From a virus (taxonomy: Duplodnaviria > Caudoviricetes): DNA of 24,708 nucleotides. The stretch spans positions 1-24,708 of the IMG/VR virus record IMGVR_UViG_3300011337_000476; one strand, 5' to 3'. Positions 24,708 to 24,708 of the stretch are shown here, piece by piece (position 1 is the stretch's first letter; every line of letters starts with the position of its first letter). The translations under genes and the position numbers were made by a program. Under the pieces are notes generated by a model, which was not told the origin of the DNA, searched no databases, and saw only the letters and a program-made list of their open reading frames with translations.

Positions 24708-24708
24708 G

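Overview
This window is a segment of a tailed (siphovirus-like) phage or prophage genome, with every credible gene on the minus strand. In transcription order (right to left) it contains: (1) a sugar-modification cassette of a GT2 glycosyltransferase (partial), a GT9-like glycosyltransferase, a split and trimmed TPP-dependent E1-beta/E1-alpha pair and a radical SAM/SPASM enzyme (21127-24708); (2) a tail module with terminator, tube, a G/GT chaperone with a -1 frameshift, a short tape measure protein and Ser/Thr-rich tail proteins (11264-21111); (3) a lysis cassette with holin-like and spanin-like genes and an M15 endolysin (9620-11264), followed by a metallophosphoesterase group; (4) a control region at about 7700-8300; (5) an early/replication operon with an endonuclease, SSB-like protein, PD-(D/E)XK exonuclease, 3D-domain protein, WYL-less wHTH protein and primase-helicase; (6) a repeat- and palindrome-rich putative origin (1042-1160) and two HTH-like genes. 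The most notable candidate system is the TPP/radical-SAM/glycosyltransferase cassette directly upstream of the tail genes, possibly a branched-sugar virion glycosylation pathway. Also notable is a TGACA motif 13-16 nt before six late-gene start codons. All calls come from motif recognition by eye; no database searches were run.
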